Source of the DNA: Halarcobacter sp.
GTDB taxonomy: Bacteria > Campylobacterota > Campylobacteria > Campylobacterales > Arcobacteraceae
DNA length: 64,000 bases
Assembly: GCA_048571215.1 (NCBI GenBank)
Contig: CP182352.1
Coordinates: 3,264,001 to 3,328,000, forward strand
Direction: 5' to 3'
The position numbers were made by a program, and so were the translations under genes. The stretch's first letter is position 1. The number at the start of each line of letters is the position of its first letter. This document shows, piece by piece, positions 44,146 to 54,241 of this stretch. Under the pieces are notes generated by a model, which did not search any database, had not been told where the DNA came from, and worked only from the letters and a program-made list of their open reading frames with translations.

Positions 44146-44409
44146 ATGATTGATTTGAATAAAGAAAAATTGAAATTAGATTATCCATGTAGTTGGAAAT
44201 ATAAGGTTGTATTACTTGAAACAACTTGTGTTAAAACAGTTGCAAAAGAGGTTTTTTCTGAGAGAGAACATAAAATCAATGAGTCTAATACTAGTAAAAA
44301 AGGCAAGTTTAAAAGCTATACAATAGAGATGATAGTTCATAATGATGATGATAGAAAAGAGTTATATCAACTTTTGGGAAATCATGATGAAATTAAAATG
44401 GTTTTATAG
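44146..44409 (+). CDS. DUF493 (YbeD/HP0495) family protein
   Basis: LDYPCSWKYKV, SKKGKFKS, C-terminal IKMVL. Confidence 0.88.
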   Translation: MIDLNKEKLKLDYPCSWKYKVVLLETTCVKTVAKEVFSEREHKINESNTSKKGKFKSYTIEMIVHNDDDRKELYQLLGNHDEIKMVL

Positions 44410-44418
44410 AAATAACTT

Positions 44419-45450
44419 ATGAAAAGAAGAGAGTTCTTAAAATATTCAACACTTCATACATTTCTTTTATCTCAATATCTTCATGCATCTACAAAAGAAG
44501 AAAAAAATTTATTTGACTTTTTTATAAGTCTTTTTGAAGAGAAAAAAAAGATAATAGAAGAGCATGAAGAGATTGAGCCAAAAGATGGCATTGAACCAAT
44601 AAAAAAGATTAATGAAATCAGTTTAAATCAAGAAAATACGCAAAAAAATGTAAAAGAGTTAGTTCAAGAGATTAAAAAAACACAAGAGACTAATGATAGT
44701 AAAACCTTAGAAAATGAGTATATAGAAGAATCTGATGTTAAACCTGATAAAGAAGAGATAGCATTAGAAGAGAAAAAGATTATAGAAAATGTATATATTG
44801 AAGATAAATACTTAAATAGTTTTAAATCAGTTTCAAAAAAACTTACTGATATACAAAGGTATATAGGGTATGGAAACTTTAATCTAATAAGTTTTGATGA
44901 GATGTTAAAAGTTCCTGAATATAGTGGAATTAAAAAATTTACAAAAGAGGAAATAGAATTTTTAGAGTATATTTTTTATTATGATCCTAAATATCATGGC
45001 TTTTTTGGAAAAAGAGTTTCCCATAATATTACAGATAGTGTAGATAAAAATGAAGTTATAAAAATCCCCCATACTGGACACTATTTATATAAAGGAAACC
45101 CCTATGAAACATATTTAAGAATGTGTGATGATATTGGAGAAACTTTGGTTTTAACTTCGGGTATTAGAAGTATAGTAAAACAATCAAAATTGTTCTTAAA
45201 TAAACTAGAAAAAGAGAATGGTAATCTTTCTATAACCTCAAAATCTCTTGCACCACCTGCCTTTACTTATCATGCTATATCTGATTTTGATGTGGGAAAA
45301 AAAGGTTTTGGATACGCAAATTTTACTTCAAGGTTTGCATTAACTGACGAGTTCTTTAAAATGAGAAGATTAGATTATATAGATATTAGATATACAATAA
45401 AAAATTTGGATGGAGTTAGGTATGAACCTTGGCATGTTAAAGTTATATAA
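44419..45450 (+). CDS. Peptidase M15 (D-Ala-D-Ala carboxypeptidase-like) with twin-arginine-like N-terminus
   Basis: MKRREFLK; LTSGIRS, SLAPPAFTYH...DFDVG, YEPWH. Confidence 0.82.
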   Translation: MKRREFLKYSTLHTFLLSQYLHASTKEEKNLFDFFISLFEEKKKIIEEHEEIEPKDGIEPIKKINEISLNQENTQKNVKELVQEIKKTQETNDSKTLENEYIEESDVKPDKEEIALEEKKIIENVYIEDKYLNSFKSVSKKLTDIQRYIGYGNFNLISFDEMLKVPEYSGIKKFTKEEIEFLEYIFYYDPKYHGFFGKRVSHNITDSVDKNEVIKIPHTGHYLYKGNPYETYLRMCDDIGETLVLTSGIRSIVKQSKLFLNKLEKENGNLSITSKSLAPPAFTYHAISDFDVGKKGFGYANFTSRFALTDEFFKMRRLDYIDIRYTIKNLDGVRYEPWHVKVI

Positions 45451-46822
45451 ACAATTTTTATTTTTGTTTATATTAACAACTATATTAAATGCAAATGATG
45501 TAATAAAGAGTGAAAAGCATTTAATGGATTTTGATTTTATTAAAAAAGGTATTGAGGATGATAATACTTTATTAGTTATTGGTGGTATTCAAGGTGATGA
45601 ACCAGGTGGTTTTATGGCAGCTTCTCTTTTGGTAACTCATTATGATATAAATAAAGGTTCTGTCTGGATTGTACCAAATTTGAATTTTTATTCTATTATA
45701 AAAAGGTCTCGTGGACCATATGGAGATATGAATAGAAAATTTGCTTATATTGAAACCCATGATCCTGATTATAAGTCAATTATGAGAATAAAAAGTTATA
45801 TTACAGCAGATGATGTTAAATTGATACTAAATCTACATGATGGAAGTGGATATTATAGACCTAAGTATAAAGATTGGTTGCACTCACCTAATAGATGGGG
45901 TCAAAGTTCTATTATTGATCAAATAAGTATTGATTTAGAAAAATATGGAAATTTAGAAGAGATATCTGCGCAAGTAGTAGATCATGTAAATAAAAATCTT
46001 ATTAGAGAAAAAGATTATTATAGTATCAAAAATACAGAAACAAGACTTGGTGATAAGGAGATGGAAAAGAGTTTAACTTATTTTGCAATAAATAATGGAA
46101 AAGCGGCATTTGCAAATGAGACTAGCAAATCTTTGCCTTTACATGAAAGAGTTTATTATCATCTTTTAGCCATAGAAAAATATATGCAAATTATGGGAAT
46201 AGAGTATAAACGTAAGTTTCTTCTTGAACCACAAGCTATAAAAGATGTGATTGATAATGATATCTATATATCTTTTTATGATAATAAAATACAATTGCCT
46301 TTAAGTAAGATTCGTTCAATCTTAAGATATTTTCCTATCAAAAAAGATGGGACTTTGCAATTTTCAGTATCAAATCCCTTAATGACTGTTTTAAAAGAAG
46401 GTGAGCACTATGTGATTCACTATGGAAATAGAGAAATTGCACGTTTAAGTCCTGATTATATGGATATAGTGGATAAACAAGACCCTGTTAAAATGGTAGT
46501 TGATGGAAAAGATGTAAGTATAGACTTAGGGTCTGTTGTAAATGTAAAAGATAGTTTTTTGGTAAATCCAATATCTGATATTCGAGTGAATGTAATTGGG
46601 TTTCTAAAAAAAGGTTATAAAGATGAAGCTGGATTAGAAGTATCTAAAAAAGATTTTCTAAAAAGGTATTCAGTGGATGAAAATGGAAATGTTTATAGGG
46701 TAGAATTTTATAAAAAGAATAAGTTTATTGGTATGGTTTTAGTAAATTTTGACAAAAATTTTGATTATGAAAATCTCTCTAAAATAATGTTTAAACAAGA
46801 AAGTAAAGAGTTTTCTATGTAG
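45434..46822 (+). CDS. M99/M14 DL-carboxypeptidase (Csd4/Pgp1-like)
   Basis: GGIQGDEPGG (Gln Zn ligand), DMNRKF, LNLHDGSG, WGQS, LTYFAI; start moved to 45434. Confidence 0.88.
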   Translation: MLKLYKQFLFLFILTTILNANDVIKSEKHLMDFDFIKKGIEDDNTLLVIGGIQGDEPGGFMAASLLVTHYDINKGSVWIVPNLNFYSIIKRSRGPYGDMNRKFAYIETHDPDYKSIMRIKSYITADDVKLILNLHDGSGYYRPKYKDWLHSPNRWGQSSIIDQISIDLEKYGNLEEISAQVVDHVNKNLIREKDYYSIKNTETRLGDKEMEKSLTYFAINNGKAAFANETSKSLPLHERVYYHLLAIEKYMQIMGIEYKRKFLLEPQAIKDVIDNDIYISFYDNKIQLPLSKIRSILRYFPIKKDGTLQFSVSNPLMTVLKEGEHYVIHYGNREIARLSPDYMDIVDKQDPVKMVVDGKDVSIDLGSVVNVKDSFLVNPISDIRVNVIGFLKKGYKDEAGLEVSKKDFLKRYSVDENGNVYRVEFYKKNKFIGMVLVNFDKNFDYENLSKIMFKQESKEFSM

Positions 46823-46836
46823 TTTTAAAGAGTTAG

Positions 46837-47097
46837 TTAAATATTAACTAACTCTTTTTTTATTTTTTCTTGATTTAGTTTTTTAATAGCTGCTTTATAA
46901 AGCTCATCTACCCTTTTTTCATCATCATGAATTAAACTTTTAATCTCTTCTATATCTTTTTTTGTTTCCATAGAAACAAAAACCTTAAACTCTTTTTTAG
47001 TAAATTTTCTTTTTAAAATCTCTTTTAATTCCTCTTCACTTTTCAATGTTCCAACTAATTTTTCTATATGATTTGTTAATGATTGTGTAAAATCCAT
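46837..47097 (-). CDS. Small hypothetical protein, possible sigma-region-4-like HTH
   Basis: FTKKEFKVF...IEEI...RVDELYKAAIKKL; co-oriented with surE. Confidence 0.7.
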   Translation of the reverse strand: MDFTQSLTNHIEKLVGTLKSEEELKEILKRKFTKKEFKVFVSMETKKDIEEIKSLIHDDEKRVDELYKAAIKKLNQEKIKKELVNI

Positions 47098-47098
47098 T

Positions 47099-47887
47099 TT
47101 ATTCCTCTATCCAGTTTTGTAAATTTTCTATATCGTTATATGCTGTTAAATCAAGCATAATAGGTGTAATTGAAACATAATTAGCCTTTATTGCTTCAAA
47201 ATCACAATCCTTATTAATACTTTTTTGCCAAATTAATGGATGTAGCCCTATCCAATAATACTCTTCTCCCCTTGGATTTAAATGTCTATGGGTATCATTT
47301 CCATACTCTCTAAAGCCAGCTCTTGTTATCTTTATCCCTTTACACTCTTTTGGTTCTATAGGAGGGATATTGATATTTAAAAACCTTCTTTTTTCAAGTG
47401 GAAAACCACCTTCTAATATTTGTTTAGTTATCTTTACAATAGTTTCTTTTGCTAGGGCAAAATCCCAACTTGTATTAATATCTTGACATCTATCTTTACA
47501 AACTTGGGAAATGGCAATTGAAGGGATACCTTGCAAAACTGCTTCCATTGCTGCAGCTGCAGTTCCACTGTAAGTGATATCTTCACCCATATTCGCACCA
47601 ATATTTATACCACTTATCACTAAGTCTGGTTTGAATCCCTCTTTAAAAAGATTATTTAATGAAATAAATACACAGTCCGAGGGAGTTCCATCGTCTATTT
47701 TATAATAATCATCATCAACATTTACAAATCTTAAAGGTCTATCTAAAGTCAAAGAGTGACCACAAGCAGATTTGTTTTTTGCAGGAGCAACAACTATTAT
47801 TTTAGCTATAGGTTTCAAGGCATCAATTAAAGCTTTGATCCCTATAGCATCAAAGCCATCATCATTTGTTAGTAAAATTTGTTTCAT
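47099..47887 (-). CDS. surE: 5'/3'-nucleotidase SurE
   Basis: ILLTNDDG, GTPSDCV, SGINIGANMG, YSGT, VSITP. Confidence 0.96.
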   Translation of the reverse strand: MKQILLTNDDGFDAIGIKALIDALKPIAKIIVVAPAKNKSACGHSLTLDRPLRFVNVDDDYYKIDDGTPSDCVFISLNNLFKEGFKPDLVISGINIGANMGEDITYSGTAAAAMEAVLQGIPSIAISQVCKDRCQDINTSWDFALAKETIVKITKQILEGGFPLEKRRFLNINIPPIEPKECKGIKITRAGFREYGNDTHRHLNPRGEEYYWIGLHPLIWQKSINKDCDFEAIKANYVSITPIMLDLTAYNDIENLQNWIEE

Positions 47888-50800
47888 GCTACTATATATG
47901 CTCCTTGTATTTGTTCAATTTTACTCTCCACATTATTTGATACTTTAAATCCTGTTTCCAGTTCAATATCTCCTAGCTTTGATTTAACTAAAATTTTAAG
48001 TTCTCTTTTTCCTTGATTGTTAGCTATGAGCTCAAAAAGTTGGTACATTAACTCATCATCTTTACTATAAGGTATAGCAATGGTTATTGGAGGTTCTTGT
48101 TTCTCAATATGTTTTGTTTTTATTTTATCTTTTTGTGCATCTTTTAAAGATTCAAACTTCATAAGACTCATTCTTGTAAAGTCACCATCTTTGGTAACCT
48201 TTACCTTAAAAGCAAGGGGCTCTTTAAGGTCATAATCTTCCCTAAGTTCTTTTAACTTATTTTCAAAAAGCATAAGCTCAATATTTCCATGTAGGTCTAA
48301 AATATTTGCAATACCAAATTTATTTCCTTTTTTAGAAATTTTTTCTGTTATCTCTTCAATTTTTCCTACAAAAAGTGCTTGTGAACCATCTGCAATATCA
48401 TCTATCTCTGAACTTAGAGTACAGTTGATTTTTTCTATTTGTTCCCTATATCCATCAAGAGGATGCCCAGATACATAAAATCCTAATGAGGCCTTTTCAA
48501 ATTCTAATATCTCTTTTGGTTCAAACTCTTCAAGGTGTTCAAGGTCTACTTCAACTCTCATCATCTCTTCATCTTCTCCAAAAAGTGAGGAGGTTGTTTG
48601 TTTTTTAAGTTGCATAGCTTTACCAACAGTATCTCCAATAGTCTCAATTTGTTCTAATAGAGCTTTTCTACTATATGCAAATTGATCCAATGCTCCTGCT
48701 TTAATTAGAGATTCGATAACCCTTTTATTTACTTTACTTCCATCAATTCTTGAGATAAAATCACTTAAGTCTTTGAAGTTCCCATTTTTTCTTCTTTCTG
48801 CTAAGATTGAATTAATTGCCACATCTCCAGCACCTTTAATGGCACCCATTCCAAACATAACAACCTCTTTGCCATCAATTTTTGTAGCAGAGAACACTAT
48901 ATCTGATTTGTTTATATCAGGTGGGAATAAATCGATTCCTAGTCTTTTTACTTCATCTACATATTTAACAACTTTATCTGTATTATCTTTTTCAAGAGTA
49001 AGTAAAGCTGCCATAAATTCAGTAGGGTAATATTTTTTTAAGTATGAAGTATAAAAGGTAACCATTGCATATGCTGCTGAGTGAGATTTATTAAATCCAT
49101 ATCCCGCAAATTTTACAATCAAATCGAACAGCTCTTCACAATGCTCTTTTACATATCCTTTTTTTACTCCACCAATTGCAAATTCACCTTTTAGTCTATC
49201 CATCTCCTCTTTGATCTTTTTACCCATTGCCCGTCTTACTAAGTCCGCACCACCAAGTGAGAAACCACCAATAGATTGTACGATTTGCATAACTTGCTCT
49301 TGGTAAACAATTACCCCATAAGTAGTTTCAAGAATAGGTCTTAAAGGTGCATCAAACTCATCATAAAAATAACTAATCTCTGCACGACCATGTTTTCTAT
49401 CGATAAAGTCATCTAACATTCCTGATTCCATAGGACCTGGTCTATATAAGGCTAGGACGGCCACAATATCCTCAAAGTTTGATGGTTTAAGCTTTTTACA
49501 CAGATCTTGCATACCTGCCGATTCTATTTGAAATAGTCCAATTGTATTTCCTGTTTGGATTAGATCATAAACACCTTTATCATTTACATCTGTGGTGATG
49601 AAATCTATTCTTTTCCCATGTCTTTTTTCAACTAGTTTATTTGCTTCTTCAATAACTGTTAGGGTCTTTAGACCTAAGAAGTCAAATTTAATTAAGTCAA
49701 CATCTTCTACATATTTACCATTGTATTGGGTTGCTAGAGTATCTAAACCACTTGGTTTAAATAGGGGAGTTTTTTTCCATAGGGGTTCATTTGAGATAAC
49801 AACACCTGCTGCATGGGTACCCGCATTTCTATTTAACCCTTCTAATGCTAGAGCAAATTCCCAAACTCTTTTTGCTTGAGGATCTGAATCACAAAGCTCT
49901 TTTATTTTTGGTTCTTTTTCATATGAACTAGTTAGATTGATTCCAAGTTCATCTGGGATAAGTTTTGCCATTGCATCGGCTTTTGCATATGGCATATCAA
50001 GTACTCTTGCTACATCTCGAATAACCCCTTTTGCAAGAAGTTTACCAAAGGTGATGATTTGTGCAACATTGGCACGACCGTATTGTTGAACAACATAATC
50101 GATAATCTCACCCCTTCTACTTTGACAGAAGTCCATATCGATATCAGGCATTGATATCCTTTCTGGATTTAGGAATCTCTCAAAAAGTAAACCATAAGGC
50201 ATGGGGTCAATATCTGTAATAAAAAGTGAATAAGCTACTAAGCTTCCAGCCGCAGAACCCCTTCCTGGACCAACTGGAATTTTCATCTGTTTTGCAACGA
50301 TAACGAAATCCCAAACGATTAACATATATCCTGGGAATTTCATATTATTGATAATATCTATCTCAACTTGCAACCTATCTTTATACTCTTGGTGTTTACT
50401 CTCATCTACTATTTTAAGTCGTTCTTCTAAACCTTTCCAACACTCATGGATAAATAATGCTTTATCATTTTCTAAAGAGTATTCTTCATCTGGGAATGGA
50501 ATCTCTAAATTTTGTTCTTGAAGTTTTTGTCTTGTAAATTTGAAGTTTGGTGGAGTTGGATTTCCAAGTTTTATCTCCAAGTTACATTTATCTGCAATCT
50601 CTTGAGTAGCTGCAATTGCTTCTGGAATATCTGCATAGAGTTTTGCAATTTGTTCTGGGGTTTTTAGATAAAATTCATGTACTGAGTGTCTTAATCTATT
50701 TGGATCATCATAGAGTTTATTCATGGCAATACACATAAAAGCTTCGTGGGCTTGAGCATCTTTTTGTTGTAAATAGTGAGTATCATTTGTAGCAACTACT

Positions 50801-51429
50801 TTTATCCCCGTTTCTTGTGAGATTTTAAGTATTTGGTCATCTACAAAGAGTTGATCAGCAATCCCATGTCTCATTATCTCTAAATAAAAGTCATCACCGA
50901 AAATCTCTTTATACTCTAGGGCTATCTCTTTTGCTTTTTCATAACCCTTTGCTCCAAATTTAACATTTCTTGGATTGTTTGTATTTAAATGCCAGTTTAC
51001 TTCCCCTTGTAAGCAAGCAGCTGAGCAAACAAGACCTTCACTGTTTTCTTTTAAAAGTTTTTTATTTATCCTTGGATAGTAGTAAAATCCATGCATATAT
51101 GCTTGAGAGCTTAAAAACATCAAATTTTTATATCCAATATCATTTTTGGCATATAAGCACAGGTGATATCTTTGTTTTGTTGTTTTATCATCCAACTCAT
51201 CAGAGTTATGAATATAAGCTTCCATCCCAATTATTGGTTTTACACCTTCATTTCTCATGGCATTGTAAAAGTCTATTGCTCCAAACATATTTCCGTGGTC
51301 TGTCATAGCAACACTTTTCATCCCCATCTCTTTTACTTTTTTTGCTAGGGGTTTGATTTTGTTTGCACCATCTAAAAGTGAGTACTCTGTATGTAAATGT
51401 AAATGTGTAAATTCTGGAATTTGTGACAT
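47884..51429 (-). CDS. dnaE: DNA polymerase III alpha subunit
   Basis: HLHLHTEYSLLDG, GPGRGSAAGS, MPDIDMDF, KFDFLGL, YGFNKSH; start moved to MSQIP. Confidence 0.98.
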   Translation of the reverse strand: MSQIPEFTHLHLHTEYSLLDGANKIKPLAKKVKEMGMKSVAMTDHGNMFGAIDFYNAMRNEGVKPIIGMEAYIHNSDELDDKTTKQRYHLCLYAKNDIGYKNLMFLSSQAYMHGFYYYPRINKKLLKENSEGLVCSAACLQGEVNWHLNTNNPRNVKFGAKGYEKAKEIALEYKEIFGDDFYLEIMRHGIADQLFVDDQILKISQETGIKVVATNDTHYLQQKDAQAHEAFMCIAMNKLYDDPNRLRHSVHEFYLKTPEQIAKLYADIPEAIAATQEIADKCNLEIKLGNPTPPNFKFTRQKLQEQNLEIPFPDEEYSLENDKALFIHECWKGLEERLKIVDESKHQEYKDRLQVEIDIINNMKFPGYMLIVWDFVIVAKQMKIPVGPGRGSAAGSLVAYSLFITDIDPMPYGLLFERFLNPERISMPDIDMDFCQSRRGEIIDYVVQQYGRANVAQIITFGKLLAKGVIRDVARVLDMPYAKADAMAKLIPDELGINLTSSYEKEPKIKELCDSDPQAKRVWEFALALEGLNRNAGTHAAGVVISNEPLWKKTPLFKPSGLDTLATQYNGKYVEDVDLIKFDFLGLKTLTVIEEANKLVEKRHGKRIDFITTDVNDKGVYDLIQTGNTIGLFQIESAGMQDLCKKLKPSNFEDIVAVLALYRPGPMESGMLDDFIDRKHGRAEISYFYDEFDAPLRPILETTYGVIVYQEQVMQIVQSIGGFSLGGADLVRRAMGKKIKEEMDRLKGEFAIGGVKKGYVKEHCEELFDLIVKFAGYGFNKSHSAAYAMVTFYTSYLKKYYPTEFMAALLTLEKDNTDKVVKYVDEVKRLGIDLFPPDINKSDIVFSATKIDGKEVVMFGMGAIKGAGDVAINSILAERRKNGNFKDLSDFISRIDGSKVNKRVIESLIKAGALDQFAYSRKALLEQIETIGDTVGKAMQLKKQTTSSLFGEDEEMMRVEVDLEHLEEFEPKEILEFEKASLGFYVSGHPLDGYREQIEKINCTLSSEIDDIADGSQALFVGKIEEITEKISKKGNKFGIANILDLHGNIELMLFENKLKELREDYDLKEPLAFKVKVTKDGDFTRMSLMKFESLKDAQKDKIKTKHIEKQEPPITIAIPYSKDDELMYQLFELIANNQGKRELKILVKSKLGDIELETGFKVSNNVESKIEQIQGAYIVA

Positions 51430-51531
51430 GATATTATCTTTTTTTTTATTGAAATTTAAAGTGATTATATCCAATAGCATATAAAAGAAGATGAAAAATC
51501 AAAAGGGTAATCTTTATATTTAAAAATAGTT

Positions 51532-52287
51532 TTATTTAATAAATGAAAATTGCTTTTGGGCTTGTTTATATCCAAAATCAAAACATTCATTTAATTCTTT
51601 AAAGGTAAACATCTTAAAATTAAGTAGATTTTGGTGTGTAATATATAGGTCTGAGTGCAAAATAGAGAAGTTTACATTGTCAATCCACTGTGCAAATATC
51701 TTCTTCTTTAGCTTTTTTATTGGATTGAAATTTCTTTTTTTTGTTACTTGAACTCTTCTTGGTAATAGATCCACAGTACAGATTTTATGTTCCCCATCTA
51801 AAAGAGGTTTTATAGGGAGGTTATCAAAAAGTCCACCATCTATTAGGTTCATATGTTCATATTTTATGGGTTTAAATACTGGTATTAGGGCACTTGAAGC
51901 CATACAAAGTACATGACTGTCTCCCTTATCATAGTAATGAAGTTGTCTTTTTTTTGTATCGTAGGTATTGATAAAAACTTTTTTTGGTAAATCTTCAAGT
52001 TTAGCTATTGGTAAAAGCTCATTTAATATAGGATTATTTGAATCGATTTTTATGAGACCATTTTTAAAGTAGTTAAATTTTAGGGTATTTTTTATATCTT
52101 TTGATGAGAATATCTTAAGTTGTTCTTTTGCACTTATTCCACTTGCATGGGATACTGCAATAATAGCTCCTATTGAACTACCACTATATGTATCTATATT
52201 GAATTTTTGTTCTTCTAAAAAGTGAAGAAAACCTAAGTGAAAAGCACCCCGTGCAGCACCACCACCTAAAACTAAACCAAATTTCAT
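51532..52287 (-). CDS. Patatin-like phospholipase
   Basis: GGGAARG, GSSIG (GxSxG) and DGG motifs; start overlaps the upstream stop. Confidence 0.93.
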   Translation of the reverse strand: MKFGLVLGGGAARGAFHLGFLHFLEEQKFNIDTYSGSSIGAIIAVSHASGISAKEQLKIFSSKDIKNTLKFNYFKNGLIKIDSNNPILNELLPIAKLEDLPKKVFINTYDTKKRQLHYYDKGDSHVLCMASSALIPVFKPIKYEHMNLIDGGLFDNLPIKPLLDGEHKICTVDLLPRRVQVTKKRNFNPIKKLKKKIFAQWIDNVNFSILHSDLYITHQNLLNFKMFTFKELNECFDFGYKQAQKQFSFIK

Positions 52288-53021
52288 TTATCTAACCAAT
52301 TTATTATTTTAAAATCTCCATCATAAGTTTCAACTATTGCTGTACAAGACTCTACCCAATCCCCACAGTTTAAGTATTCAATTGAGTCAATATCTTTGAC
52401 CTCTGCTTTATGAATATGTCCACATATTATGCCATCATATCCTTTATGTTTTGCATGATTTGCTAAGGTTGCCTCAAAATCTGTTATAAAAGATACGGAT
52501 GACTTTACATTATCTTTTACATATTTGGAAAGTGACCACTTAGATTTTATCCCAAGCTTGATTCTAATGACATTTATCATTTGATTGATATTTAAAAGTA
52601 AATCATAACCATAATCTCCCAATACAGCTAGCCATCTTTTAGTCATAGTGATAGAATCAAAAAAATCTCCATGGGTTATTAGATATTTTTTTCCAGAAAC
52701 TGAAGTGTACTCAATTTCATTTTTTATATCTAAAGAGTTACCAAGAACTAGAGGAACAAAAGGTCTTAAAAACTCATCATGGTTACCAGTAATTAATACA
52801 ACACTACACCCTTTTCTTGCTTTTTTTAGAATTTTTTGAATAACATCAGAATGAGATTGTGGCCAGACAAATTTTCTTTTTATAGCCCAACCATCTATAA
52901 TATCTCCTACTAAGAATAGATTTTCACTCTCATTGTTTTTAAAAAAGTCAAGAAGTTTTTTCGTATTTGAAAATTTTGTGCCAAGATGGACATCTGATAT
53001 AAATATGCTTTTGTATTTCAT
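52284..53021 (-). CDS. Metallophosphoesterase of the PlcP / LpxH-like family; best read as PlcP phospholipase C
   Basis: SDVHLG, GDIIDGW, WPQSHSDVIQKIL, GNHDEFLR, HGDFFD, WSLS, GHIH, NCGDWVESCTA. Confidence 0.82.
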   Translation of the reverse strand: MKYKSIFISDVHLGTKFSNTKKLLDFFKNNESENLFLVGDIIDGWAIKRKFVWPQSHSDVIQKILKKARKGCSVVLITGNHDEFLRPFVPLVLGNSLDIKNEIEYTSVSGKKYLITHGDFFDSITMTKRWLAVLGDYGYDLLLNINQMINVIRIKLGIKSKWSLSKYVKDNVKSSVSFITDFEATLANHAKHKGYDGIICGHIHKAEVKDIDSIEYLNCGDWVESCTAIVETYDGDFKIINWLDK

Positions 53022-53043
53022 AAAAAAATTTTATTTTATTATG

Positions 53044-53088
53044 ATTACAACTTAATGACATGTAATACATCTGTAATCACATTTTAAT
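53044..53088. promoter_or_regulatory. Back-to-back Pho-box-like direct repeats (11-bp period)
   Basis: Plus strand ATGTAAT-ACAT-CTGTAAT-CACA-TTTTAAT; minus strand ATGTCAT-TAAG-TTGTAAT. Confidence 0.65.
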
Positions 53089-53098
53089 AAAATCATGC

Positions 53099-54241
53099 AT
53101 GAAAAATTTTAAAATATGTTTAGTAAGTGATACTGTATACGATGTCAATGGGGTTTCAAGGTTTATTCAAGATTATGCAAAAGAGGCTATAAAATTTGAA
53201 AAATCTTTTTATGTTTTAACTTCAACTCGTAAAAAACATTATGAAAAAATAAATAATATCATAAATTTATCTGCATTTTTTGCAGTATCAATGCCTTTTT
53301 ACAAGTCTTTGGATCTAGTTTTTCCAAATTTTTTTAAGATATATTCAAAAATAAAAGAGATAAATCCTGATTTATTGCATATCTCAACTCCTGGTACAGT
53401 TGGTTTATGTGCCTTAATCTCTGCAAAAATACTAAAAATACCAATCGTAGGTATTTATCATACTGATTTTCCTTCATATATGTATAAAAATACAAAAAGT
53501 TCTTTTGTAAAAAATGGAACAATATGGTTTCTAAGACGGTTTTACAAAAATTATAAAGCTATTTTTCTTAGGTCTGATGAATATTCAAAAATAGTTCAAG
53601 AGCAATTAAATTTTAAAAAAGAGGATTTGTATTTAGTAAAGGCTGGAATAAATATACGTAGTTTTGATAAATCTTATAAAGATGAAACCATATGGAAAAC
53701 TTATGGAGTATCAAAAGATAGTTTTAAAGTTCTATATGTGGGTAGATTATCTGTGGAAAAAGGTGTTGATAAACTTGTGGAATATTGGAATGAGTTTAAT
53801 TTAGATAATAGTGAATTGATTTTAGTTGGAGATTTAGAGTTTACTTTGGATAGTGATTCACAAAAGAGTATAAAAGTTTTAGGAAGAAAACAAAAAGAGC
53901 AGTTATCAAAACTTTATGCCTCAAGTGATTGTTTTATATTCCCCTCAACTACAGATACTTTAGGACAAGTTGTAATGGAAGCTTTATCCTCAGCACTTCC
54001 TGTAATCGTAACAAATAAAGGTGGACCTAAAAGTTTTGTATCTAATGATTTTGCTTATATAGTAGATTTTGATAAAAAAGATGAGGTGAAAAATGCTATT
54101 TTGGAATTAAAGAATGATGAAATAATTTATAAAAATAAATCTTATAAAGCTTATAATTTTATGAGAGATAAATCTATCTCTCATAGTTTTTTAGATTTTT
54201 GGTTTGATAATGAAGAGATTTTAAAGAAGATTAGCAAGTAA
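53099..54241 (+). CDS. GT4 glycosyltransferase (Agt-like diacylglycerol glycosyltransferase candidate)
   Basis: DVNGVSR, HISTPGTVG, YHTDFPSY, YVGRLSVEKG, FPSTTDTLGQVVMEA. Confidence 0.87.
   Translation: MKNFKICLVSDTVYDVNGVSRFIQDYAKEAIKFEKSFYVLTSTRKKHYEKINNIINLSAFFAVSMPFYKSLDLVFPNFFKIYSKIKEINPDLLHISTPGTVGLCALISAKILKIPIVGIYHTDFPSYMYKNTKSSFVKNGTIWFLRRFYKNYKAIFLRSDEYSKIVQEQLNFKKEDLYLVKAGINIRSFDKSYKDETIWKTYGVSKDSFKVLYVGRLSVEKGVDKLVEYWNEFNLDNSELILVGDLEFTLDSDSQKSIKVLGRKQKEQLSKLYASSDCFIFPSTTDTLGQVVMEALSSALPVIVTNKGGPKSFVSNDFAYIVDFDKKDEVKNAILELKNDEIIYKNKSYKAYNFMRDKSISHSFLDFWFDNEEILKKISK

Noticed and set aside
47884..51429. Intein or split in dnaE
   Set aside because: Normal length, continuous motifs, no intein signatures seen.
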